A stretch of 64,000 nt of DNA from Octopus sinensis (lineage: Eukaryota), in contig NC_043022.1 of the NCBI RefSeq assembly GCF_006345805.1, forward strand, positions 17,670,001 through 17,734,000. Reading direction: 5' to 3'. The translations under genes and the position numbers were made by a program. The notes under the pieces were generated by a model. The model made no database searches and was not told the origin of the DNA. It saw only the letters and a program-made list of their open reading frames with translations. Each line of letters begins with the position of its first letter. Position 1 is the first letter of the stretch. This document shows positions 33,207 to 46,070 of the stretch, one piece after another.

Positions 33207-35279
33207 GTGCATGGATTGTGTGTATATATATATATGGGGATGACATCATGTATATAGCAATGTGTGTGTGTGTGGATTGTATATTATATATGGCTGTGTA
33301 GGGGGTTTTTTTGTGATGGAATCTGTATCAACTGAGTAAAGATTAAATCCACTGCTGACATATTAGTAAGTCTTGTCTTCTGTCTATTCTTCAATGAGAA
33401 ATCTATTTGGTTTCTCCTGTGTATCAATTATTTGTTAGTTTTTCTCAACCAGAGGGATTTTTCAGTTGATCTATCAAGAGACAGAGAAAATGTAGTCGTG
33501 ATGTTCATACCTTTCCCTTTGAGTGTTAATGATGTAAAGTGAATTCATAGAGTTATAGCTGGGTGGTTAAGGAGTTTGTTTGCAACTCTGGGTTTCTGGG
33601 TTTGATTCCACGTTGGACAAGTTTCTTCTGTCATAGACTTGCATTGGGCAGAACTTTAAAAGTGGGATTTAGTAGACAAGAACCATGTAGAAGCTGCCCA
33701 TTAAACATATTCACACAGACATACATTCACATAAATGTAGGATAGATGTAGAAGCATAGCTGTTTGGGTTAGAAATTTGCTTCTCAACCACATGGCTTTG
33801 GGTTCAATCCCAGTGTGTGGCGCTTTGGGAAAGTGTCTTCTACCTAAGCTCCAGGGCTATCAAACCTTTGTGATTTGGTCTAATTGGTGGAAACTGAAAG
33901 AAGCCTGTCATGTGTGTATAAGTGTGTGAATATGTGTATGCTTGTACCTCCTTGTGCTGACATTTAGTGAATGCTGTTGATGAACGTCTTTCAATTCCAA
34001 TATTCTGCAAAAACATGTCTGGCCATGGAGAAACATTAAGACTGGCTGTAGAAAATCTGCCTTGGTGAACTCCATCCAATCTACACAAGCTTGGAATGAG
34101 TGGACATTTAAAATGATGATGATGTCCAGTCCACTGTATGTGTTTGTGTGTGTTTGCACAAATGCAGGCATTTATATTTTTAGTTCCTCACGTTTTTTGT
34201 CCTCAGACGTCTTCACTCTTTCGTATACCAAAAATATAAGTGCTTCCACCATCACATGCTTTGGGACTTTACACACACACATGTAACACCATTGTATATC
34301 TGTTCACCCCCACCCCCCACACTGGCCTACACCAATTACACACAAAGTCAAAGGAGTCTCCTACATCCACATACAGTCACACTGTCTGCCTAACAATTAC
34401 ACACATCTCCCCCACCCCACTCAAACTAACCAATGCTACATTTTCACACTTCCCAGTACACCCCCCCACACACATACATATCCTCCTCCTCCTCCACCAC
34501 CCTTACTAGCTGCACAAACACTGACTTATACACCTACACATCTACCCCATCCCCCTTATTGACTTCCCTTTCCACATTATAACAGCATTCACCCTTGGCT
34601 TTTAGCGCTTTTCTTTCCTCCTCTCCCCTTCTTTAATTAATTAACAGACATTTTTAATATTCTCTTTTTTTTTTTCTCTCTTGCTGTCTCACTCTCCCCC
34701 CTCCTTCTCTGTTATATTTTTGAAGAAGGTCTACTCTCTGAAACCTCCTCCATATTCACATCAAGCATTGAACAAATACCTTATTTGCTCTGTTTTTTCC
34801 TTCTTTCTTTTTAACTGACATGAGTGTGCACGAACACCTATGCATGAATGTGTGTATATATTATCTAGGGTATTTTGTGTGTTTATATATATATATAAAT
34901 AATATCAAACACCCATAGACAAGGTATGTGTATTGCCAGTCCATGGGTAGGCACGAGAGAAAATGTTCTCATCAATTCGCCTACAAGTGTAAAAACGCGT
35001 ACAAGTCACAAACGAGCAAGACAACGGACAGCAGGTTGTGCTGCATTAAACTGTTCATCGATCTCTCTATCCGTCTATCTGTGCTTGTGTGTATGTATTC
35101 ATTTATGTTTGCAATTGTATCTCTATGAAGATTGAAACTATAAAGGGAGATAAACTTCTTTCGTGTTAGATTCAGTTAATTCCCCTGCCTCAATAATTTC
35201 TCCAACAGACGGGCGACGGTTTTAACTTTCTTTTGTACTCAAGATGGCTGCAGGTTTATATATATATAAAGACCGTCTT

Positions 35280-35590
35280 CAGTCATAAATGACCATGGGA
35301 TTGCACCCCTAGAAAGTTCCCCTCTTAGACACAAGGTTGTTTATGGAAGACCAGCAGTCGCCCATGCATACCAACCTCCCTTCTCTATGCCACCAATGTT
35401 ATCCAAGACAAAGGCCGATACAGCTTGGCACCAGTGATGTTGCAACTTATTTTTCTACAGCTGAGTGAACTGGAGCAATGTGAAATAAATATATCTTGCT
35501 CAAAGACGCAACACACTTCCTGGTCCAGGAATCGAACTCACTACCTCATGATTGTGAGTCCAAGCTCCAACCACTGAGCCATGCACTTTC
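35280..35590 (-). mobile_element. tRNA-derived SINE
   Basis: Reverse complement starts with tRNA-like head gcatggctcagtggtt...gagttcgattcctgg followed by a SINE body. Related to 39100-39400 (+) and 62010-62280 (+). Confidence 0.6.
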
Positions 35591-36149
35591 ACAATAAAAA
35601 AAAAACATTGGCAGTTTCATATATATGAAATTATGTGATTCTTAAAACTCTAAAGACATGCTGAAACATTATCAAATCATTATAGTAACATACTAAGAAA
35701 TATTAACTTAATTTAAAAAATTGAAAACTATTTTAAAATTTTAGCAAAATGAAAAGTATGATATATTTAAAAATAGGAAATAAAGCAAAAAATAGGTTCT
35801 GCTATTACTCAATTCAATAAAGTCTCTAAGAAATTAAAACACAGATTGGTAAAATATAAAATTTTAGCAACAAAACCAAACTTTGTAATATTAAATGTTT
35901 ATGTTAAAAATATAGTAAATTTTTTTGTAAGGAAAGAAATTGTAATATAAAGCCAAATGTTAAACTAAAATTCAGGTTTAAATATTACAGAGAGTTCTAG
36001 GTCAAACTAAAAGCTTTGTAAAATCTTATCTTTTTTAAAGAAACTTTATATTTTCATCCAAATAAATAAAATATTTTATTGTACAAATTTTTCATATAAC
36101 TTTGCTTTTAATTTAACTTTTATCCTAAATTTTTTGTTTTAATTTTTTT

Positions 36150-38150
36150 CAGAGCTTTTTACTCCAAGTGGGCCTTACACGTGCCTTATCTTTTGTTCAC
36201 ATATTTGTTTTGTCCACTGCACTTCAAATAATTTGCAAAGAAACAGAAGTATCTTGAATATATTCCATTTGGATTCGTGTCCCTCCAAAAGGGCGACACA
36301 GAAGTCCCCCAGTGTGTGATATGTTACAAAACTTTGAGTAATGATAGAATGCAACCCTCACGCTTGGAACACCACTTGAGGACAACACATCCTGCTCTTG
36401 CAGACAAACCCAAGATGGTAGTGGAGCATTTTGGCAACAAACTTCAATGGTAGTTGAGGCTTCCTCTGAGATTGCCATGTTGATTGCAAAAAGCAAGAAG
36501 AGCCATAACATCAGAGAATCTCTAAATAAAACCAAGTCTACTCCATGCAGCAGAACTCGTTCTGGGGAAAAGACAGTGCAAACAAGCTTTCCCAGATTTC
36601 ACTATCAAATGATACAGTCAAGGGAAGGATCGACAACTTAACTCAAGACATCAAAGATCAAATTCTCAACCAAGTAAGAGATTTTCCTGTTTTTGCCATC
36701 CAATGTGACAAAACGACTGACATCGCTCAGTGTTCTCAGCTTCTGGTATTTGCTTGATTTGTGCCAGGCAACTGTGTAAAAGAGGAAATGTTGTTCTGTC
36801 AGCCTATGGATAGTTGTACAACAGCAGCAGCTATTTTTTGTGATGTATCAAGCTTCTTTCAGGGAAACTAACTTTTGTGGGATTTGCTGGTAGGGGTGTG
36901 CACTGATGGAGTTCCAGCCATGCTTGGTCTGCAGCCTGGATTCATTACTAGAGTGAAAGAAAAAAAATCCATCTGTTGTAGGTACACACTGCATACTTCA
37001 TCGTGAAGCCTCAGCATCCAGAACCTTCCCTACTGAAATGAGAAATGTTGTCAACTTTGTTAAACAGTCGTCTTTTCAAACGGTTGGGTAAAGATATGGA
37101 ATCTGAACATGAGGCATTGCTGTTTTACATGAGCATACGATGGCTATCAAAGGGGAACATGCTTGGACAGCTTTATGAACTATGAGAAGAAGTAGCAATA
37201 TTTCTAGATTTGCAGCAGAAGGCAGATCTCCATGACAATTTCCAATCTGAAGACTTTCATGTATCTGTAGCTTACCTGGTGGACATCTTCAAAGTGTTGA
37301 ATGCTCTCAACCTTAAACTGCAAGGGGAAAAGCATTGACATTCTCACACACCACAACACCATTTTAACCTTCATGGCCAAACTCAAGCTCTGGAAATGTC
37401 AAATTCAGCAGGGAAATACAACCAGTGTTAGCTACTTAGATTCTGCTTTCACAGTAACCTTGATTCTGAGTTAAAGAAACAAATAATCACCCATCAAACT
37501 GACTTGAAAACAGAATTCATCAGATACTTCCCAGATATAGATGAAAAGCACAAAGCTTGGAAATTCATCAGGAACCTGTTTCAATGTAAAATCCCTGATG
37601 TTTTGGATGAAGTACAAGAGGAGTTTTTTGAGCTGAAGTTCAACTCCCAGGCTAAGGAAGACTTCAAAGAACTGGATCTTGAAACGTTCTGGATCAAGTA
37701 CCTTCCTGTTTACCTTTTGATCTCACATTGGGCTCTTCGGATTTTAGCTATGTTTGGATCCACATATCTTCATGAAGCTGCATTTTCCATGCTTGTTGCT
37801 GTCAAGACCAAGTACAGAAACAGGTTGAACATTGAAAGGCACTTATGTTGTGCATTCTCTGGCATTCAAGATCTTGTAGCTACAAAGCAGTGTCAAGTGT
37901 CACACTAATAATGTGACGAATTCATTTTCAAAAAAAATTTTTTTTTTTGCTAAGAAGCAGTGTCAATTATCTCACATTTTGTATAATGTGACTAATTCCT
38001 ACTCAATAGAAAGACTAAAATCATATTTTAGATTTTATTTAAAATCTGGTGGGGAATTTTATTCATAGATGCAAGTGGGGGGGGGTGCATGGAGGGAAGG
38101 ACAAATTCCTAGGGGAGGAAGTGTGGTAGTAAAAAGGTTAAGAACCACTG
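36150..38150 (+). mobile_element. Decayed hAT (Buster/Charlie-type) transposon, 5'-truncated
   Basis: FAIQCDKTTDIAQCSQLLVF, CTDGVPAMLG, HCILHREA, RWLSKG, FGSTYLHEAAFS..KTKYRNRLN with many stops and frameshifts. Right TIR ggttaagaaccactg ends at 38150, followed by nnnTAnnn (gtttagat). Confidence 0.9.
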
Positions 38151-38593
38151 GTTTAGATTGGTTTTTTTTAATTCAACTCAATGAACCTTGCTTCCAAGTT
38201 GGCATCAAATGGGAAACAGCAAATATGTATGTTCAGTTAGAATACTTTTTTTTTTCTCCTGTGTTTTTCACTTTAGATATCAAATTTGTCTTTTTCAGTT
38301 GTGCACTTTATTATTCCGGTTCTCTTAGTATAAAATAAATAAAGCCACTTTGTGTATGTGTGTATATATAAATACACACACACTTATGTAACTATCTAAG
38401 CTCCACCACCACCACACACAGGCACGTGTATCTATGTACCTGTATGGCTCATAGTATCAACTTTATACCGGGTTAAGTTTAGTTATATCTCTTCGTATAC
38501 AAAAAAGAATTTTTCTTATCCTGAATTTCAAAAATTTTTTCTGTATTTCAGGCATCATGAGTATGTCAGCCATTCTCTTCCTCCTCCCCCCCC

Positions 38594-38660
<67 letters not shown>

Positions 38661-39099
38661 CCGTTCTAGACTTTAGTCCCTGAAAAGCAATTTCGTCCCA
38701 ATAGCCATCAGTTTTGAAACTTTGCTTTCTCTGTGTATTTATAAAATGTTTTACTTTTAGAAGAAGCACGACACATTTGAGTCCTTTCATGCCTCAGTGG
38801 GCTTTTTTAACCTCTGGATTAAAGCAGTCATAATGTATTATATACACACATTTGTATATATCTATTAATGCTTGTATACACATATATGGGCAGACAAAAA
38901 TAAACCAAGTGACTCAGCAGTTATCTTGTTAAGATAAAAGAGCAGCTAAAAATGACTGACAAAAAGTATATTTAGGTAGTAAAAACAGTGTGTAACTCGT
39001 ACTTTGCTATGGGATTGGTAATATATTCACCCTGTTAATGAAAGATACAAGGTTCAATTTCAGTCAGGAATTCTGTTGCTCTTTTCTATCTCAAATAGA

Positions 39100-39400
39100 G
39101 ATGGCTCAATGGTTAAGATATTTGACCATAATCATAAGGTCATCAGTTCGATTCCTGGTTGTGTGTTGTGTCCTTGAGCAAGACACTTTATTTCAAGTTG
39201 CTCCAGTCCACTCAAATGATAAAAATGAGTGGTACCTGTAATTCAGAAGGGGCCAGCCTTGTCACATTCTGTGTCCCACACTGAATCTCTCTGAGAACTA
39301 CGTAAAGAGTACACATGTCTGTGGGGTGCTCAGCCACTTGCACGTTAATTTCACAAGGAGGCCATTCCGTTGATTGGATCAACCGGAACCAACAGACCAT
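39100..39400 (+). mobile_element. tRNA-derived SINE
   Basis: Head gatggctcaatggttaag...agttcgattcctgg followed by SINE body. Confidence 0.65.
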
Positions 39401-39789
39401 CAATCACATTGAAAATCTTAATCGTTAATTCATTCTTTTCTTGTTTTCTTACAGCTGTGAACTGAACCACGCAATTTATCTGCTTAGAGATCAGCTGAGA
39501 CATGCCATTTTAGAACTGAAATAACATGTGTGTTTTTCGCTACATGTTCTCTCTCTATCATGTAAGTTAATAATAGAAACGCAGTGAGTCAGTTTGTCTT
39601 CAATGACATAAATCATTTATTGTTAACAGGAACAACAATATTTTCAGAACTTGTTTGCTTTCTTTTCAATTGACTCAGATTACACACCAATGACTTTGTA
39701 AGCAATTATCTTTCACTGACGAAGGCTCAACATCACTGAAATGTCAAAGCAACTATTGTCAGCCTTGTACATGATTTATAATCATACAT

Positions 39790-39836
39790 ACATGTATGTG
39801 TATATGTTTGTATGTGTATGTGTGTGTGTGTGTATC

Positions 39837-39867
<31 letters not shown>

Positions 39868-39876
39868 ATATATATA

Positions 39877-39927
<51 letters not shown>

Positions 39928-40045
39928 GTATATATATATATGTATATGTATATATATGTATATATATATATGTATATATATGTATATATATATATATATG
40001 TGTATATATATATGTATATATATATGTGTATATATATATATAAAT
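39790..40045. repeat. Compound (TG)n/(TA)n microsatellite
   Basis: Direct reading. Similar tracts occur at about 2320, 38600, 43290-43640, 54240-54430 and 56930-57175. Confidence 0.9.
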
Positions 40046-41305
40046 GGAACAGAAATGCAATAGAGGACAACAAAGACATTTGGACAGATAGACAATACAA
40101 AGGCGAACAAGAGAAACAACAATTAGAGGGACACCTGTTTCTATCTCTCTGCCTCAATATAACCTTTTGTCATCTGACACAAGGTCACCTCCTCCAATGT
40201 CCCCTCCCCTCTCAAAAGAATTTTTTGTCTCGCAAGTTACTTGGTGACCCTCTCAGTGCAGGTACCACTTAAAGAGCATCCAGTCCACACTGTAAAGTGG
40301 TTGGCATTTGGAAAGGCATTTAGCTGTAAAAACCTTGCCAAAACATGTAAAAAGCACTCAGTCCACTCTGCTGAGTGGTTGGTGCTAGGAAGGGCATCCA
40401 GCTGTAAAAATCTTGCCAGAACATTCACAGAAATCTGGTGCAGGGTTCTGCCTGGCCAGCTCCTGTCAAACCATCCCACATGCCAGCGTGGAAGGCGGAC
40501 ATTAAATGATGATGATGACGACGATATGTATATATATATATATATATATATAAATGATAGAAAGTGGAATGAATGACATTCTGCATTAGAATCACTACAA
40601 TTGTTTCGACACATTTTTACACCTGTAATACATTGGTGTGATATTGTGTAATCATCGTCATCCATCCTGGATCTAAAATGCTCCTCTTCAAGTGATTGTT
40701 TAGATAAATCCTTTGTAAAATCCTGCTGTCATTTTACTCAGTGTGAGAATGAACACCCAAAGTGATGTGTCATTTTCGGCAGTTTACAGACAAAACTAAA
40801 TCCCTAGATATAGTGACAAATAAAAATACAATTATAATGAAAATAAAACACAGAAACAAAGAAATAGGCAAAAAAGGTGATGTTGGCTACACTAACATAG
40901 CTGAAGTGTGTGCGGCCCTTCCATTTGCCGCCCCCGGAGAACACAAAAAACACATATTGCCTATAACAGACTCAAAAGTGGTGCCTCCCCCTCCCTTGCT
41001 ACATTAGTGATTGGCTATAAATTACAATTCTGTCTTGATGGTCAGATTATAAGAAACAAATTACAAAACAAAATGAAAAATAAAAGTGTGCATATATATA
41101 TATATATATATATATGATTCAGTGCCAGAATGGTTGGCATTAGGAAGGGCAGCAACCAGCTGTAGAAACCTTGCCAGATCAGACTGGGGCCTGATGCAGC
41201 CTCCTAGCTTGCCAGTCCTCAGTCAAACCGTCTAACCCATGCCAGTCTGGAAAACGGATATTAAACAACGACAATAATGATATGCAAGCATCAATAAATA
41301 TAAAT

Positions 41306-41336
<31 letters not shown>

Positions 41337-42059
41337 AATATATTTGGATAAAAATATATCCCAAAAAGAAGCACACTCTAAACGTTAGAGCAGCAGTGCT
41401 TTTATAGGAAGTTAATGGCTGCAGATTACCTCTTTTCAAATTGGAGCTTATTTATATATAAATAGTTATATATATATATACACACATATATATACACTCT
41501 CTCAACCAGCACCAAGATGTGATAGTCAAAATGTGTGAAAAATCCTAAATGTCAAATTTCATTTTTAATTCATCTGAAGAAAACAGTTTTTTTTTTTACA
41601 TGATATAATTATCGGAAAAAAATAACATGCCTGAAACAACTGTAGTGAACATCAGCCCATCTGTGATATTATTTATACAGCACCAATACTCGGAACCTTC
41701 CCTGCATTGGATTTTAAGCCTACAATGGACTGTGGATTGCATGCCAGCGTATGTTCTTGGGTGATTTTACATGTACATTGGGTGTATTTGGTCTGTGCTT
41801 GTGAACGGATGTAGAACTGGAAGGAGAAATCCATATTTACTTTCGTACATAGGTGGGTATCCATGCATACAGTTAGTGCACCGGTATGCTATCCCCAACT
41901 CTACCTTGGTGTCTTTCTTATTAAAAGAGATTCTATTGGATCCTGAAAATGATAATTATATATAAAGGTGGTGCTCCTGCATGGCCACAGTCAAGTGACT
42001 GAAACAAGTGAAAGAATATATATCTTTATGATGGACTCTCTCAGCAAAGATGTGCCACG

Positions 42060-43240
42060 CGTTAGGTGACAAAAGGGGGACAAGAACAGATCCCTGCAGT
42101 ACACCAGATGACATCTCATAGGGTGAAGAATGCATAGGGCCATAGAACCGTGACTACCTCTTTTTGGTTGAGAATGAAGGACTCCAACCAGTTAAAAAGA
42201 TCATCTTTCACACTCATTGCAGAGAGTTTTGCCATAAGCCTTTTATGTGGCACAGAATTAAAAGCCTTAGCAAACTCAAGGTAAACAACATCCATCAATG
42301 ACCCGGGTGATGTTTTCAAGAAACTCAATAAGTTTATCACAGCAGCTCGAGTCAGGGATAAATTCAAATTGTGAGGGCTAAGGCTGTGAGAATTCCAGAA
42401 GTTCCAGAATGTTTCTCTAACTCAAGTTTCCATTAGTTTGGCAATGCAGCTTGTAGGACTGACTAGACAATAGTTGAGAATCGACGACGTGTGGTCGCCC
42501 TTTTTGAGCAGAGGAATGACACTGGCAGTTTTTCACTGTTGTTAAGACAGAACTGAAAGAAGAGTGGGAACTGGTGCAGGAGGAAGTACCCACCACGTTT
42601 GAAAGGCAGGTATGTAACATCATCAAAACCAGGAGAGGCACAGTTGTGCTTATTCTTAAGGTGACGTCGCAGCATTGCAGGCGTAAATTCCGAAGTTGTT
42701 ATGGATTTTAGTGTCAGAGGTGGTGGAAATGGTATGTTTTGGTTTTCAACAGTAAAAATGCCTGCGTAGTATTCAGCAATGAGTTCTGCGCATTCTTTGG
42801 GATCATCAGTAATCTGGTTTGTGTGGGGATTGCGAAGAGGAACAACTGAAGAGTGAGGTCTGCTTTGAATGTACATATTTCCAGAACACCTGGCTGTCAG
42901 GGTCAGTTGCTATGTGCTGCTCAAATTCAAGCTCTGCCTTTTTTATCACCTGCCCGAGATGGTTTGATTGTTTATTGTGTTTTTTCCTTTTTATGTCTGA
43001 TTTATGCAGTTTGTGTTCCCGTTCAGCATTATGACGTTCTTTCCTGGCAACTCTAACTGCTGCAGTCTCCCAAGTTGTACTTTTGGGATGTTTTTTTGTG
43101 CTTATGTGGGACTGATGCTGTACATGCTGTCGATATTGAGTTCAGGATGTTCTGAAGTAGAGTGTTCACAACTTCAGAGTCGTAAAATTCCAGCCAGTTT
43201 GGGCATTGTAGCTTGGTGAAGTAAGAGTTCCAGTCAAAGC
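42060..43240 (-). mobile_element. Decayed CR1/L2-like LINE (EN end and RT)
   Basis: Minus strand VVYLEFAKAFNSVPHKRLMAKL..LFNWLESFI, SGVLQGSVLVP, NCASPGFDDVTY. Confidence 0.82.
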
Positions 43241-43282
43241 GAGCAGTTTGAGATGGCTCTGGTTTTTGTTACTGCCCATGCA

Positions 43283-43325
<43 letters not shown>

Positions 43326-44109
43326 TCATACATATAGATTTGTATTTATATAGGAATATATGTTTATTATATGAATACATTTATATATATATAGACATAT
43401 ATATGTATACATATACACATGTTTGTATGTATATATATATATGTGTGTATATATTTATATTTTATATATATATTTATATTTTATATTTTATCTAGTTTCA
43501 GCTCACGATATATATGTGCATATGTATATAGTGTGTGTGTTTATATTCACATACATACACACACATGTACAAATATGCACATACATACACACACTCGAAC
43601 AACCACCCACCTCTACACACACACACACACACACACATTGCTATCTTGGGTAATCAGGATAATCAAACATTTTCTATGCTCATAAATGGTGATGTGAACT
43701 TCAATCTTGGACCCTTTTTTTTTTTGTAAGTGTCCCAGTTTTTTTCTTGTCTGTGAAACATCAGACAATCACTGATCAGATTTTAACCCTGATTAAATGA
43801 AAACTGTGAATCAAAGTTAAATCGAGAGAGGATGATTTAATTGATTGAATTGATAATGTGTAAAATGGGGGCAGAAAAGGTGGGGAGGGGTCTGGTTTGG
43901 TTTTCCTTCCTTTTTAGTATTCTTTTTTTTTACAGAGTAGTTAAGAAGTCAGTTCTGTTGTCACCCTGATCTTGAGGATTAATCCCACACTGTGGAACTT
44001 CAGATAGATGTTTTCTGCTATGGCCTTGGGCTGACCCTGGCCTTATGGGATTAAGGAGGGAAACTGTTTGCTAGCTTCACATATCATCATCATTATTGTC
44101 ACCACCAAT

Positions 44110-44320
44110 GGCAAGCTGGCAAAAACTTTAGCACGCCGGGCAAAGTGCTTAGCAGTATTTCGTCTGTCTTTATGTTCTGAGTTCAAATTCTGCCAAAGTT
44201 GACTTTGCCTTTCATCCTTTCAGGGATGATATATTAAGTATGACCATCTGCATACTGGGGTCGATCTAATCGACTGGCCCCCGCCCTAAAAATTTCGGGC
44301 CTTGTGCCTCAAGTAGAAAA
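44110..44320 (+). mobile_element. tRNA-derived SINE
   Basis: ggcaagctggcaaaaactttagcacgccggg...gagttcaaattctgcc...ctttgcctttcatcc. Confidence 0.72.
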
Positions 44321-45589
44321 CATCATTGACACCACCACCATCATTGTTTTTAATGTCCACTCTCCCATGCTTGTATATGTTAGATGGAATTCATTGTGGT
44401 GGATCTTATGTGACTGGATGCCTTTCCTTCTGCCAACACTCACCTGTTTCCAGGCAGGATAATATTGTCCACCATGGCCAGACATGTTCTGTACAGAAGA
44501 CTGGCCTTGAAGAACACTGCTTGTATGACGGGGATGCTTGTTTACAATTGTTGTACCATGTGAAGAGAAAGAAGCTTCAGCACGTGAAGAAACACACACA
44601 TATCGTGTGTGTGTGTGCATTCGCTCCAATATAAAAGATTAACATTGTAAGAAAAGTGTTGCTGTTGCTGAGGTCTATCAACTTTAGCATCCTGCGTAAA
44701 ATGCTTTGCAACATTTCAACTGTTTTTACATTCCTTGTTCAAATTCTGCCAAGGTCAACTTTGCTTTCTGTCGTTTTGAGGTCAATAAAAAAAAGGACAG
44801 CAACAGCAACACTTTTCTTACAATTTCCTTTCACTGGGAATCCTACACCCCCTCCCACTCCAATTCCTTCCCTGGTTCCTTTTCTTTAGAAGCAACTCAG
44901 AGTAGTTTTGCAGCTGTGACCCCTGTAAAAACTGGAGCCACCAGGGACACCAACATATTTCGCTTTTCATCTCACTTGGTCAGTGTCTTTCAGAGACAAT
45001 GCCAGGGAAGGAATGCTTAATAAACAAGGATGAAAGGATTACCATTTTATTTAACCCTAACCAATTTTCACCTCTTGCAGACACCATTTTGGCATTCAAT
45101 AAACAGTTCTTTTACAGTAAACAGCTGTTAATAGTGAGACTAGATAATGGCAGCTGGTTTTCTCCTCCTTTTTTACTATTACTACTACTACTACTACTAC
45201 TACTACTTATAATAATAATAATAATAATAACGATTTTCTTCCAATCTGTCCCTATGAAAACCTCTTGTACCTGATACAGGAAAGGTTACATTCCAGAGAT
45301 TACAATTTCCCCCTTGAGGCCCAGAAAATACTTCAGTTCTGGTCCAGTGGTGACTTAATCTCCAGTAAGGTCCACAATGAAGCATTAGCGTTCCCGCACC
45401 TGGGATGGTGGTGTTGTTACTCATACAAACCTCATAGACAAATCATCACAAAGATTCCCTCATCAACAGACCCTAACCCTTGCTCCATACTCTCTTTACT
45501 CTGTCATTATTGCAATAACTTCTGCACTTCTCACCTAATTAGATGTATAGCATTAGCAGTGTTAGCTATAGTCTGGTCACCCATATAGT

Positions 45590-46070
45590 CAGTCAGGTGA
45601 TACACAAAGGCGTCATACCCAATGACTGGTATAGCAGCACCATAGTCAACTGCTACAAAGGTAAAGGTGATGCCTTAGGCAGGAATAATTACAGAAGCAT
45701 CAAGTTGTTGGATCAGATAATGAAAGTCACAGAGAGATGCAGTTTGGGTTTGTGCCTAGGAGAAGCACCACTGATGCTATATTTCTGGTAAGACAGGTGC
45801 AGGAGAAATGCATAGCCAAAGATAAACTTATGCATCTGGTTTTCATTGACATGTAGAAAGCCTTTGACAGGGTCCCCTGATCCCTTATCTAGTGGTTAAT
45901 GCGAAAACTAGGGATAGATAAGTGGTTAGTGAGAGCTGTACAAACCATGTACAGGGATGCTGTCAATAAGTTGAGGGTTGGCAACGAGTATAGTGAAGAA
46001 TTTTGGGTAGGGGTAGAAGTCCTCCAAGGATAAGTCCTCAGCCCCCTCTTATTCATCATAGTCCTGATGT
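45590..46070 (+). mobile_element. RTE-like LINE RT fragment
   Basis: IPNDWYSSTIVNCYKGKGDALGRNNYRSIKLLDQIMKV, followed by FIDM*KAFDRVP-like and VLSPLLFII remnants. Confidence 0.85.

Noticed and set aside
33540-33830. tRNA-like sequences (also at 35520, 39100 and 62010)
   Set aside because: They have A/B-box heads but no complete cloverleaf, and they continue into SINE bodies.
39733-40272. YI/IY/VC-rich ORFs (also at 43253-43729, 54191-54481 and 56926-57419)
   Set aside because: Translations of TA/TG microsatellites.
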